Source: Lytechinus pictus (lineage: Eukaryota). Taken from it: DNA of 64,000 nt. Below, piece by piece: positions 22,804-36,975 of the stretch. Both the position numbers and the translations under genes were made by a program. The DNA lies in assembly GCF_037042905.1 (NCBI RefSeq), contig NC_087250.1:8186001-8250000 (forward strand), read 5' to 3'. Every line of letters starts with the position of its first letter. Within the stretch, counting starts at the first letter, position 1. Under the pieces are notes generated by a model. That model had not been told where the DNA came from. It did no database searches and worked only from the letters and a program-made list of their open reading frames with translations.

Positions 22804-25800
22804 ATGGCAGAGGTTTGCATTATATGCCAGATGAGTGGGGAGAAGCCACTCACCTTGTCTTCGAGAGTAGCAAGTTTTCGAAGTGCAAGTCGCCAAAGAG
22901 GTGATGGATTAAGTGATTGCCTCCTTGAAGATACCACATCATTCAGATGTCACCGGGACTGCATTAGTACCTACTGTTCTAAAAACCACATCAAAAGGTA
23001 TTTGAACAAATTGAAAAGGAATATACCACCACATCATTATAATAGTCCCAAACGACTGAGAAGGAATTCAGGTGAATTTGATTTCCTACAACACTGTATT
23101 TTCTGTGGTGATGAATGTGACATCAAGCGTCCTCATAAAAATCCTGGTCGTTGGAGACAGTCTTACTTGTGTAAAACTGCAAACGGAAAAGATAATTTAT
23201 CATGGAAAGACAGCATCCTGGAACGTGGCAAAAACCGTGGCGACAAGTGGGGCAGGGATGTCATTTTCAGAATAAGTTCTGTTTTAAGTGAGCTACATGC
23301 AGCAAAGGCGCGCTACCACAAAGACTGTATGACGAAGTTTTTCAGTAATGCACCCCCTAAAACGAAGACTGTGTCTGACACAGCGCTTGAAGGACTTAAG
23401 ACTGAAATGCTGTCTGATCGCTCACGAATTTGGAATAGCATTGAACTATACAATCTTTATCAGGAGTTGGGTGGAACTCGACTATCACGACGTTTGCTCA
23501 TTAACCACCTGGAAGCTGCTCTACATCCTGATATACTAATCCTGTCATCACCAGGTGTTTCATCAATATTTGCATTCAGGAGCAAGGCAGCAACACGTCT
23601 CCGGATAGAAGATGATTTTGAGGATGAATGCCTGGGGAGGGATATCTCAAATCTTGGGAGGAAAATCAGAACCGAATGTCTTAACCATCGTCCTGATCCT
23701 AACACATACCCAATCAGGTTAACCAGGGACTTTGTCTTAGGTGAGTCGGGATGGAATACTTAAATATAGTGTTGCATTTAATGCTCACACACTTCTTGTC
23801 ATCGTCCAACCTTGCAATTATCTTTATAGGGATGTGTCTCATAAAATTTCCAAAAGTTGTTCTATACTCACCCTTTTTCAGTCTTTGCGCCTCAAAACGT
23901 AAATTCTTAAATTTTTCTTTCTTTCTAACGTTGTATCAGTTAAATCTTTGGATTAAACCCTTTGCTTACCTTATCCTCTTCTTTCTCCAGCTGGATGCAG
24001 TGAAACGATATTGGCTCTACTAGCTGAGATCGACCTGCAGTTGGATTCTTCCTTACAAGCTATGATGATAAGCAATATCATTCTTGGTGTCGTTTGTGGT
24101 CAAGCAACACCGCTTCAACTTGGACTGAGTACAATGCTAAATAAACAGCGAGGCATTATAGAGCAGTTATACAACTATGGTGTGACATCTTCCTACAACG
24201 AAATGCGCCGCTTCAGGATCTCTGCTGCTGCTTCTATCGCAAAGGATAGACGAGGGATGTCAGAATTTGATAGCCGAAACGGGTTAGTTCAGGTTGTCGC
24301 TGATAACTTTGATGCTAACATTTCATCCCCCAATGGTCAGAAAACAACGCATGGTCTAGCCATGGTGATTACCCAAAATGGAAAACGAAAACACATTCCA
24401 TCTCAAGATGACAAAGATGTGCCTACCATAACAAGAAAGAAATGGGATCAGATAAAAGCAGCAAATTTGTAGTTAGGAGAGGTCAGTCTACAGCGTAGCC
24501 GAGGAAACAAAAAAGCTGAGATGCCAAATGAGTGTGCCCACAGATGTGTACCAAGGCTCTCATTTCTTGCCAGTATGCAGCTCTCCAAGATGAAAGCCGA
24601 GTCCAATGACATGGCTTTTCTCCATTCGGTAACAAGCGATGATAAATGTCCGGAGTACGGAGGTTTCAATACCAAGCATGCACGTGAGTCTGGGGAGGAG
24701 CCAAAGGCCAAGACAAGAGTGGCCTACACTCCATTTCTAGACATGACACCTGCCGAACCTGACACAATGAAAACAGCAATGGTTCAAGCACAATATTTAA
24801 CGTCATTGACAAGACAAGAGCTTACGATCATGACATGTGACCAGCAACTCTACCAGGTGGCAGTCAACTTAACCTGGAGCAACAAGACCCTCTTTGGAAA
24901 GTTCATTCCCAGACTCGGCGGCATGCACATGCTGATGAGCTTCATTGGAAGCATAGGGTCTTTGATGTCAGGAAGTGGGCTAGAGGATATTTTGAAATCA
25001 ACGTTCGCAGGAGTTCCAAAACTTCTGTCTGGAAAAAAGTTCCCTCAGAACTTTAGAGCACTTCGACTGCTTGTAGAGGAGATCCTAAGACCAATATTGA
25101 ATGGCCATCAATTCAGAGATATCGATGAATTGATTGATACCATCGGAAAACTCAGCAGGACAACCAAACTGTGGATCGACTGTCTTGTGAAGCCCATAAT
25201 GATCTGTATGGCTTTTGTGAGGGCTGAGAGGGAATCTGACTGGTCTCTACACCTGCTTGCAGTTGAAAAAATGCTACCATACTTCTTCGCATCTGGACAC
25301 ATCAACTACGCCCGCTATGGATTGTACTACTTCCGATCCATGCAGCGTCTCCCCCCTGCATTATTTAAGCAGTTCATGGACGGAGAGCACACTATGCGGC
25401 ACCAAGATGGCCTGTGGAATGGCATCTGGTCTGATATGTTCATTGAGACAACATACATGCGACATGGTAAGGGACCGGCTGGCATTATTGGATCGACTTT
25501 GAATGAGGCAACTGTTACCATATGGGCTTTGTCTCTCAGTGTGCTTGGACAACTGAAGGATGATCTGGCAGCAATGCAAGAGGAAAGAGAGCAAGAATTA
25601 ATGTCTCACAAAGAAGAAAGTCTTACGAGGATAAGATCTGATGCACTTGACAGAATGAAGATACGTGAGGCCTTATCAACTTGGATTGATGTCTTAGACA
25701 GCAAGAAACACCCAACCACAGGCATTGTAAACATCTTCACTGGTCAAGTTGTTGACAATAAAGAGGTCAATGTTGATGATGCAGTCAGAATAGGAACAGA

Positions 25801-27406
25801 TCAAATGGTGCAGTACGAAAGAAAATGGCCAAAAGGGTTTCACGAAACCATAAAGAAAAGGGTGAAAGTGATGTCAAAGGCTTCACCGACAGCAAAGGGG
25901 CAGGGCACATCTCAAATTGTGAATACAGAAATGATCTATGCACGAGTAATCGGAATCTTGGCATCATCAAGAGTCTCAATCTCAACAGACACTTTGTTTT
26001 CGTACGAATTGGCCCGCTACCCACCAGCACTATTTGATGGGAATGGTGATGCACGTTCCACAAGCAAGTCTGTTCTGAAGGACAGGATCAAAGTGGAAAG
26101 TGGTTTGCGTAGTTCAGCAGTTCCTGAAGTCATAATTCTAGATGGTTGTGCTCTTCTGTGGACTGTTCCTTGGCCTAGTTCTCCCGCAAAGGTGTCCGAC
26201 TTCGTTGATGCTGCAGTATGTATCATCATGAGATACGTCGAATTTTCATCAGTTCTTCATGTGGTGTTTGACAGGTATTATGAGAACAGCATCAAGTCAT
26301 GTTGCCGTACATCACGCGCAAAGGGATTCACCCGTGTATATAGGCTCATCCCCGAGTCCCCTCTACCTAAACAGAACATCGTCCTAAACATCTCTGCAAA
26401 CAAGGAACAGATTATAAAGCTGATTGTTGACCAGTTGTGCAACCAACGAGTACCAGAGGACAAGAAGGTAGTTGTGACAGGACCGGATCCACACCCGATA
26501 TATGTTGGCATTGGAGTACTACCAGAAGCAGTGACACATGAAGAGGCTGATGTTATAATGGCTTACCACATGATAAAGGAGGTTAATAATGGACACACAA
26601 GTGTTAAAGTTGTGTGTGACGACACCGATGTTCTCGTCATACTTGCACATCATTTGTTTTTCCAAACGAATGGTTTGTCACGCAAGGTAAAATTGGTGAT
26701 GGAGTCATGTTCAAGTAAACGAACAGTCATCGACGTCAATGAGGTAATCTCGAAACATGAGAAAATCATGCCCAATCTTCTTGCTGCACACGCTCTGACC
26801 GGATGTGACACTGTGTCATGCTTTTCAGGTGTGGGAAAGGCTTCAGCACTGAAAGCTTTAGAGTCGTATTCTGACACTCTCCTTCTGGGAGATCCAGCAG
26901 TGGCACTTGATGAGGTAGTACATTCTTCCTTGAAATATGTATCTTTACTTTACAGAGTGGATTATCAAGACACTCTTGACACAGCACGCAAGAAATTTTT
27001 TGCAAAGAAAGCTGGTGGAAAGCGTCACCTACCACCGAAGCTGAGCAGCCTTCCACCTACCATGGCTGCGTTTCGACCACATTGTCAGCGTGCCAGCTAT
27101 CAAGTAGCCTTATGGATGGCTGCTGGCAACCCTGAACCTCCAAATTTAGATCCTAGTCTGAACGGTTGGTCAATGAAGGGATCGTCTCTTCAACCCATCT
27201 ACCTGGCAAATGATCATCCAGTGGCTCCTGACGAGGTTCTTAACATCATCAGGTGTGGCTGCAAGGGGGACTGTAGTTCTGCAATGTGTAGCTGCACCAA
27301 GTCATCTTTAGCCTGCACTGAATTCTGTCATTGTAGAGCTGATCTTCGGTGTCAGAACCCAATGAAAACGACTTCAGAAGATGGAGAAAGCGAAAACTCC
27401 GAATAA
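22804..27406 (+). CDS. Academ transposase (~1450 aa; DDE domain + XPG/PIN-like nuclease + C-terminal Cys8/CXC), 2 coding exons, one in-frame stop
   Basis: Exons 22804-23740 (G|gtgagt) and 23991-27406 (ctccag|), phase 1. Motifs VADNFD, TCDQQLY, LGGMH, GHINYARYG, SDMFIE; PIN motifs DGCALL, VFDRY, HEEAD, DDTDV, LTGCDTVS..G.GK; CGCKGDCSSAMCSC...CTEFCHC. TAG at 24470-24472 with the frame continuing to 24521. Confidence 0.88.
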
Positions 27407-29372
27407 GACGATACTGCTGAACGATGCTAAGTTTGCAGAAGTTCAACTTGGGTTAGAATTGATAAAGACAAACTGAATTTGGAACTTTCATTTTTCGTTT
27501 GTTCTGAATGTGTGACAGATTTCACACCGTATTTATTTAGGTGATCAACTTAAAGAACATTACTTTATGTTGAGTGAACATTTCATATTTGTAGATGCTT
27601 ATTACATTACGACTGCTGTTCACAGATGATTCCACATAAAAATTATCTTATAATACACATACAGCTCTCGCCGTGAAGCAGAGCTCAACTGAGAACAACC
27701 TCTCATTGACCATGTTGACCATTCCTTCAAAACAACCTACGGGGAGATTTTTTCCTTTTTGGGGGTAATGTTTAAGGCTGCATGATGGCAATTTTAGAAA
27801 AAAAATGTTTACTTTATCATACATGTGCAACGATATTTTAGTTATGCATTAGCAAATCAAATGATTTATTATCTATTTTAATTTAAAGTACCTAAAAAGA
27901 GGAAAACGATTGTCAAAAAAGTTTAATGGCCTAATTCATCACCCAAGTGGCCGTTAATGTCAGGGTCACATTTCATTTTGGAGGCCATGTTTATTTTTCA
28001 AATTTGTAGAAAGTTCAAACGTTTATGCGAGTATGATCATAAATATCTCGATTTAGTTTCGAGCGTTCAAAAGTGAGGGAATAAGTTATTCAGGTTTTGT
28101 TCCAGTTAACAGTATGAAGTTCTTAAAATGATTTTGGTGGTTATTTTGGATATTGCACTTGCCTTAACCTGTCAAAACCAATGACAGCTAGTTGTTAGAC
28201 ATATCCTACGGAAGTGAAATCTTTTACATTTATAATCAGCTTGAAGAAAAATGATATGAGTTGTGGTTTTAAAGGTAAAAGCACTATTAAACTGTGAAAT
28301 AGATTTCTATATCAAGACATTTTGCATTGATTATGTACGGGTGTGTCCGAATTTCGCGCATGACCTTATGTCTCGCACGACCATTCAGCTGAATTGTTTA
28401 GGATATTCCCAAATCTCACATAGTCCACATAAATATGTATTTATCCTTTAACGTAAATCTCTTTTGGATGCGATGAATATTGGTTAAAAAAAATACCGTT
28501 AATGTTTTCGCATTTCATGCCAGTTCCCAGATAAAAAAAAAAAATCTGGAAAGCAACATGGAAACACCAATTTGCAAGTATATATCAACCAAAATATAAT
28601 AAAAATATGGTATAGACAGATCTTATAGCCTTTAGCCATCTTTTAAATACAAAAAGCTTTCCTTTTTGGCATGAATTTTCGGATAAATCTCAACAAACCG
28701 CATATGCCCGAAACCTTTTCAGAATCCTTTTTTAGCACAGCACGCCACTCATCTGCATTAGATCTTTTTTTTAGTTCCCGATACCGGCGTAACACATTGA
28801 CCTCATATTCATTTTTTTCATTATTTTTTTCATCTACGAATTTGCTGTCAACATGGTTATTATAATTTTAATTTTTTTTGTTTAGGAATATATTTTAATC
28901 TTATAATGATCATTTGCTAAATGTGCGCGAAGTTTGGACACCCTTTAACAGGTGGATATATGGGCGGCGGCCATTTTGAAGTGAAATTACCGCCATATCA
29001 CCATAGCTACAATGAAATTAATGTGTGCATATAGATGTAAAACGTCTCAAGTAATAAAATATGTTGATTAAAAAAGAAAATGTGTCATATTGTGCAGTAA
29101 TTAGGATATTTTCTGAGATAAAACCTAATTTTGACGGCCATCTTGGATTTTGCCAATTTGCGGAAAATGCTCAAGGTTACACGAGTGGCATCATTCAGAT
29201 TCGGAATCAGCACCCTCGAATTGACAAGAAACCATCAAAACATATTGTATATATAAAAAAACAAGGTTATGCCTCTTCTATCCTGGACTATATGTTCAAG
29301 CATTACCAAATCAACATCCTAATGGATTCATGCATGACACTTAATGTAACTTTTGTTCAAAATTAAAAGAGT

Positions 29373-29953
29373 AGGTCAAACCCCCAGCAAAAAGTTGATT
29401 TGAATAAGAGAAAAATCCAACAAGCATAATACCGAAAATTTCATCAAAATCGGATGTAAAATAAGAAAGTTATGACATTTTGAAATTTCGCTTAATTTCA
29501 TATACCAGTTATATGCACACCATGGCTGGTATGCAAATGAAGAGACTATGACGTCATCCACTCACTATTTCTTTTGTATTTTATTATATGAAATATTATA
29601 ATTTTCTCCTCTTTGTCAAGTGATACAACGATTAATTCCCTCCTGAACATGTGGAATTAGCATTGTTTAATACTATATGGTTCAGTCAAGTTGGTCCTTA
29701 TTGTCAAATCTATAAAAAAATGAAATATTGTATAATTCAAACAATAAAAACCAAAAGAAATAGTGAGTGATGGATATCATTGACTGACTCACCTAGTTGT
29801 GCATATCACTGTTTTGTGAAAAATAAGCGAAACTTTAGAATGTCATAACTTTCTTATTTTACACCCGATTTTGATGAAATTTTCAGCACTATGCTAGTTT
29901 GATTTTTCTTTATTTATTCAATTCATATAATTTTCCTGGGGTGGACTTGACCT
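29373..29953. mobile_element. Kolobok-like MITE (copy of the 56324-56907 family, opposite orientation)
   Basis: Inverted arms aaatttcatcaaaatcggatgtaaaataagaaagttatgac; right end tggacttgacct. Confidence 0.7.
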
Positions 29954-32484
29954 TTCATTTAATTTTATTGTATTTTCCGCCTGTCCGTTATCTTGTCAGC
30001 CATGTTATTTTTGGTAAAATTAAATGTTATTTTATTGCCATGGCAATGCCTTGAGATGTTATTTATACATTTAACAACAAACATGTACGTGTATGTTTGG
30101 CACCCTAAACTTAGTGGAAATGAATGAAAAATAAGATTCTACAATGTACTTTTTTATCAAAGATGGTATTTTCTGGGGAATAAAATGATCCGTTGCCATG
30201 GCAACAGAACACACATTTGCAAACATTGATATCATTATATTCAAGCATTACCAAGGCAACATAAGTTTTTTATCATGCTAATGATCTCATGAGGAACACT
30301 TACTGTAATTTTTGTTCAAAACTTCATGACTGGTCAAACCTTATGTAGATTAAGTAAATCTTTACTTTACATTCCACCTGTCCATTATCATTTCAACTGT
30401 GTTATTTTTTTAATTGTATCTTAATTGGTTGCCATGGCAATGGCAGAAGATGTTATTTATATATTAACTGCAAGCATATATATGCTTAGCACCCTAACAT
30501 TAGGGGAAATGAAAAAAAATCTGATTTTACAATGTTTTTGTTTATCAAAGCTGATACTTTTCTGGGGGGGGGGGGGGAAATGAGCTGTTGCCATAGCAAC
30601 GGGACATATGAAACACTAATATTTATCATCAAATTCAAGTATTACCAAGGCAACATAATTTTATTATTCTAATGAACTCATGCAGAACACTTACTTAAAT
30701 TTTTGTTCAAAATTAAATGACTGGCCAAACCTTTCGCTTATTGAGTTATTTATAATTGTATTTTCCACCTGTCCATAATCTTGTCATCCAAATTATTGTT
30801 ATTTTTTGTAAATTAGATATTATTTGGTTGCCATGGCAATAGCTTCAGATGTTATTTATACATTTTGCATCAAACATATCTATGTTTAGCACACTAAGAT
30901 TAGGGGAAATGCAAGAAAAATCAGATTCTACAGTCCCTTTTTTTAATCAAAACTGGTACTAAATGATCCGTTGCTATGGCAACAGGCCATTTGGAACATT
31001 GATATTTATCGTTGAATTCAAGTATTACCAAGGCAACATCAATGTTTATCATTCTAATCAGTTCATGCAGAACACTCACTATATTATTTTCCCCTAAATT
31101 AATTGAGTAGGTCAAACCTTACGCATGTACATTAAGTTAATTTTCATTGCATTTTTTTACCTGTCCATAACCTTGTCATCAATGTTGTTGTTTTTTTAAA
31201 TTAGATGTTATCTGGTTGCCATGGCAATGACTCAAGATGATATATATTTATAAATTTAGTCACAAACAAATCTCGATTAGTACCTTAAAATTAGGGAAAA
31301 TGGAATGATGATCATACATGTATTCTACATTTCTATCAATATTTTTACCTTTCTAGAGGGAAATAAGCTGTTGCCATGGCAACAGGCCTTGTGAAAAATT
31401 GTTTCTTTTTAAATTTAATTCAAGCATTACCAAGGCAACATAATTTTTTATCTTTATAAAGGACTCCTGCAGAACACTTCCTGTATTTTTGGTTCAAATG
31501 AGGGGGTCAAAACTTAAGCATACAGATTAAGTCAATTCTAATTGTATTTTCCACCTGTCCATTGTCCAATTGGAGCTATCTTGGTGATCTTGAATATCTG
31601 TAAATTTCATATGTATTCAATTGGAAGCCTGAAAGTTATCATTTTGGTCATCTATATCATGTTTATTTACCATTTACATGGGAATGTATGTAATTTTGGA
31701 GAAATTAATCCGTTGCCATGGCAACGGCCGAAAATGGCATTTAAAAATTTACCTCCCATCTTTAAAATAAATCTCACGGCATATACTTTTACTTGTGAAA
31801 GTTTCATGCTTTAGTCAAAATTTGCACAATTGTTGTGATTTTGGAGCTTATCCGCTCTACTACAAGTGGTATTATACCCAATTAGGGAAAATTTGAACAA
31901 AATTTATCAACGCAGAAATAAAGAAATGAGACCAAGTTGAACAAAAACTGTAATATTATTGTAACACCAGCAGACTAACAGGAAAAGTCTTTACTCGGTC
32001 CAGGTCCTCTCACGCCCCTGCTAGATCGATCCTATATAGGAATAGCCTCTGCCAACCTTCTTTATAGCGAGACAAAAATGTCATAAAAATGAATTTGCCA
32101 GTTATTAAAACTTGATTAAATTCATATGAGGCAATACCCAAATTTTAGTCTTATTTATATGAAAATAAAACAAAGGATATACAAAAATGAAGAGTTAAAT
32201 TGGTAAAGTGAGTCTTTATTTCTTTGTCTTGCCTGAACAAAATTTGCCAAGAGAGCTAACGTAATAATCATCTTTGATCTATAGTCTCTTGGTCTGTTAC
32301 AAATGTTTTTATCAGGGCCCTATACTGTGGAACAATCTCTCTGTTAAACTTCAGACAGCAAAGACATGTAAACTTTTCAACTTTAATTACAAACGACATT
32401 TACTTTACACTCAGCAACCCCTTTCTCTTGACAAATAATCATAGCCTCTCTGTTTCTTTCCTCCTTCTTTCCTGTCCTGTCTTA

Positions 32485-35400
32485 TAGTCTGGTCTGTTAG
32501 CGAAATTATGTGGACACGGTGGACAAAAGCGTGATTTTTTCTCCAGACCTTTGTTTGTGTATAAGAGTTAAGAATGGGGTATGCTCCAAAAAATCTGGCT
32601 GCAGGAACAGAGAAAAAATGGGTGAAAATGTCAGAATTTATGAGTTTAGATTGGTCTGATATATAGACTAGCGCTAGTGCAAAACTCAATAGCAGTGCAT
32701 TATTTTGCATTGGATTAGTTCTTGAATTCAGACCCTTTTTGAACAGATCTTCTGCTTGTCCTCACATCTCAATGCACCAAATATCTGAAAGCAGATGCTA
32801 AACAAGCCGAAGGGTGACGGTGGAGGGGGTTGAATGTTGGTGTGTATGTACATATTTTGGTCTTGGGGTAAAGATGTGCAATACATATTTTTTTTGCATG
32901 TGTTGGAAATTGTGTTGCCATGGTAACAGTGTATCATTGCAAAAATAAGGTAAAAATCTTGCAGTTAGAACTACTTCCTCTGTTTTCATCCGATTCTCAT
33001 GAAATTTGGCACACACATTGGTCTTGAGGTGAAGATGTCTAAGATACATATTTGTGTGTCTTTCAGAAATCTTGTTGCCATGGTAACAACATATCATATG
33101 GTGAAAATTGGGAAAAAAACTTACAATTCAAACTGCTTCATCAGTTTTCAATCAATTCTCATGAAATTTGGCACAAACATTGGTATTGAAGTAAAGATGT
33201 ACAAGGCACTTTTTGTGTGTGTTTCATAAATTGTGTTGCCATGGTAACAACATATTATATGGCAAAATTTAGGTAAAAAACTTGCAATTTGAACTACTTC
33301 ATCAGTTTTGAGCCAATTCTCATGAAATTTGGCTCACACATTGGCCTTGGGGTAAAGATGAGCAAGAACCTTTTTTTTGCATTTGTCAGAGAGTGCATTG
33401 CCAGGGTAGCCACATATGATAGCCAGAAATGCAGGAAAAACTCATTGTGGATCAAACTACTTCCCCTGTTTTTAGTCAGTGCTCATTAAAGTTGGAAAAA
33501 ATATTAATCTTGGGGTAAAGATTCATATTAAATTCTAAATGTCTTCGGTGCATTAAAATGTTCACGCCAGAGTGTGGGGGTATTAATCACCTTCATTAAT
33601 ATTTCTAGGTTGTGGGGGGAGGGGCGGGATTGGTCCTTAAAATCTGACATCAAAATAAAGAAGGTTAAAGGCGGTGGCCATTAGAAATATAAAAATGATA
33701 AACACTCTTAAAAAACGCATCCCCTCAAGGCATAGGCTGGAGGTACACTGGGTGAATGTGAAACCTTCCGCTGAGGCAGAGGAGTTCCAACACTGGCAAG
33801 CAAAATGAAATGTGCACCCCTTCTACTTTCAACAGCTGATTTTCCAAACCTTAGTTCCACCTCATCAAGATGTTCACCCCTCCCCATACCACTTTTAGTT
33901 CTACATCCCCATACTCAAACCAGTCTACACCTTTGCCCCTCAGGTGTCTTTGCATTTTTAAAGCTAGACATTACTCTTTTTTGTGGGGGGGAGGTCTTTA
34001 GAAAATGACCTCATAAAATTTAAAGGATTATGACTAGGAACTTAATCCCCCCCCCCCCGAAAAAATAGGGGCTGATTTATTTTTTTAGCAGAAAATACCC
34101 CCCCCCTTTAAAAGACCATTCATTTGAAGTTTAGTGCATTCTGATTTGATAAAAAATTGTTAACGGTACCCAATTAACCATTGTAACCATTATTCTCCTA
34201 CTCAGTCTTTTATTCATATTCCGTTCCTACTCTTTCTTTTTAACTTTTAAATCACTCTTGATTTTGAGCTTCACCATACTATCTCCTTATGTTTCCTCTC
34301 TCTCTCCAAGTATATTTTTTCTGACATATTTTAAAGTGTACCTTTAATCATGCAACTAATTATAGAAAAGCAAATATATACAAAAATCTCTGCCCTTGTT
34401 TTAGAAATTCACTTGCAAATCCATGACTTAATAACATACCTTATCAAAAATATACATATGTGCACAATAAATGTTAGCCTTCTATTTTCTTTCATTTAAT
34501 TTTTTCAGTTTATTTCTGTGACAGCCCCTGCTTTATACATCCTACATCTCTCATTGTCAAAAAATGAATATTATGTTTCAGTAGCAAAATTGTTGGATGC
34601 AAACTCTGACTGTCATAAAAACAAATTGGAGTAAAGCCAAACTTTACATAAGGGATATGACTAGAATATAATTATATGTAGAGAAACTTTTCTTTCTCTA
34701 CATATAGTGATATCACTTTCAGAAGGTGGTTACTGCAGGAATGGGAAAACTCAGTGATAAAACTAAAATTTTCGGAAAATAACTACATCCATTTTTGTCA
34801 AGCAACAGTTATTCAATTCTGAATGCTACATGTACAACCTTGTTAATATGAATTTGATGTACCTTTACCAAAATATAATATCATGACAGTCATTTCTTCA
34901 ATTTTTTAAAGTAGACATTAAATATTGCTAATAGTATCGACAGAGTGTAGCCAAAATGGAGTTTAAAAGATTATGAAGAACAAAAAATAAATGTCATGCT
35001 ATTATATTTCAAAGCAGAATGTTTTAGGCTTTACTTTAATACGCTGAAGTGTAAAGGATTTTTCTCCCCCTTTTTTTTTTTTGGGGGGGGATTAAGTTCC
35101 TAGTCGTAATAATTTCCTTTTACTCTTTATGTGGCCCCCAAAAAAAAATTGGAAGGGGTGTTTTTTTAAGAGTGTTTAATTTCCTAATGGTCATGGCCTT
35201 TAACCGTCTATATTTTTATGTTGTCAGTTTTTAAGGACCTTCTCCGCACCCAAAAAAGAACCTATAAATAATATTGAAGGTGATTAATACCCTGCGCTAT
35301 TGTATGATGTTATAAAGGGGAATCCAACCCAAATAAACACTTGTTTTAAGAGGAAAATGAAAAATCAGACAAGTTAATAGGTCAAAGTTTGAACAATATC

Positions 35401-36975
35401 GGACAAACCATAAGAAAGTTGTGAATATATAAAAGTTGTAAACATTGGTAATCGCTGTACCCATGAAGACTTCAAATTGACCGCGTATGTGATGTCATAG
35501 TGATGTAAGGCAAGGACCACTCTTCCATGTACTGGAATAATTAATTGGCTAAAATTTAATTTTTTCAAAAGTTTTACTTCAAATTATATCTTTCTTTCAT
35601 GAGGACATAAAACATACTACCAGGTTTATATTACAGCCCAATGGAATACGGATTTAGGAGAAAACCAAAAATCTTGATAACTAAGTACTAGTCTTATGGG
35701 AAAGTTGTCCTTGCGGCCTCACCCCTTGTCATAATTTACTTACCCAGTTGCCAATTTGAATTCTACATACTAGTAGCCTTAGGGATCTTAATTTGAAAGC
35801 AGCCATAACTTTATTTTGCTTGTCCGATTTCTTTCAAACTTTCACCATTCTTCTTTTTCTCCTTTTCATGCACACAACATTATGACCAAGGCTGGATTCC
35901 CTTTTAACACTGAATATGAATCTTTACCCAAAATGAATATTTGTGTCAACTTTTATGAGCACAGGCTGAAAACTGAGAAGCAGATTGATCCACAGTGAGT
36001 TTTCCCCATATTTCTGGCTATATGTGGTTACCAAGGCAATGCACTCTCTGACAAATGCAAAAAAAAAAGGTTCTTGCACATCTTTACCTCAAGGCCAATG
36101 TGTGAGCCATAATTATTTCATGAGAATTGGTTCAAAACAAAAAAATTATGAAGTAATTCAAATTGCAAGGTTTTTACCTAAATTTTGCCATATAATATGT
36201 TGTTACCATGGCAACACAATTAATGAAACACACACAAAAAGTGCCTTGTACATCTTTACTTCTATACTAATGTGTGTGCCAAATTTCATGAGAATTGATT
36301 GAAAACTGATGAAGCAGTTTGAATTGTAAGTTTTTTTCCCAATTTTCACCATATGATATGTTGTTACCATGGCAACAAGATTTCTGAAAGACACACAAAT
36401 ATGTATCTTAGACATCTTCACCTCAAGACCAATGTGTGTGCCAAATTTCATGAGAATCGGATGAAAACAGAGGAAGTAGTTCTAACTGCAAGATTTTTAC
36501 CTTATTTTTGCAATGATACACTGTTACCATGGCAACACAATTTCCAACACATGCAAAAAAAATATGTATTGCACATCTTTACCCCAAGACCAAAATATGT
36601 ACATACACACCAACATTCAACCCCCTCCACCGTCACCTTTCGGCTTGTTTAGCATCTGCTTTCAGATATTTGGTGCATTGAGATGCGAGGACAAGCAGAA
36701 GATCTGTTCAAAAAGGGTCTGACTTCAAGAACTAATCCAATGCAAAATAATGCACTGCTATTGAGTTTTGCACTAGCGCTAGTCTATATATCAGACCAAT
36801 CTAAACTCATAAATTCTGACATTTTCACCCATTTTTTCTCTGTTCCTGCAGCCAGATTTTTTGGAGCATACCCCATTCTTAACTCTTATACATAAACAAA
36901 GGTCTGGAGAAAAAATCATGCTTTTGTCCATCGTGTCCACAAGTAGGGCATTTTTGACGCTAACAGACCGGACTA
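32485..36975. mobile_element. Non-autonomous Academ-type element with >1-kb near-perfect inverted arms
   Basis: TAGTCTGGTCTGTTAGCG...CGCTAACAGACCGGACTA, TSD TTA (32482-32484, 36976-36978); mirrored ORF-track entries (32798-33097 minus vs 36353-36652 plus). Confidence 0.88.
35316..35903. mobile_element. Kolobok-like MITE inserted in the right arm of the 32485 element
   Basis: AGGGGAATCCA...TGGATTCCCTT flanked by ATAA/TTAA; absent from the mirror arm. Confidence 0.6.

Larger units (their letters stand above)
21048..29290 (+). mobile_element. Academ DNA transposon (AcademX-type), full length 8243 bp
   Basis: TAGTCCAGGATAG...CTATCCTGGACTA termini, ~165-bp TIRs ending in CAAGATGGCCG, TSD TAT (21045-21047, 29291-29293); removing it restores the host repeat unit; encodes transposase. 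Confidence 0.92.
16203..31862. mobile_element. Non-autonomous Academ-type element with long inverted arms (host of nested elements)
   Basis: TAGTAGAGCGGATAAGC...GCTTATCCGCTCTACTA termini, 3-bp TSD CAA (16200-16202, 31863-31865); ~16350-17300 mirrors ~30000-31370. Confidence 0.85.

Noticed and set aside
32411..36895. Duplicated small ORFs on opposite strands as a gene pair (also 16600-16785 / 30921-31115 and 20929-21255 / 29061-29366)
   Set aside because: They are mirror images produced by inverted repeats and have no protein-like motifs.
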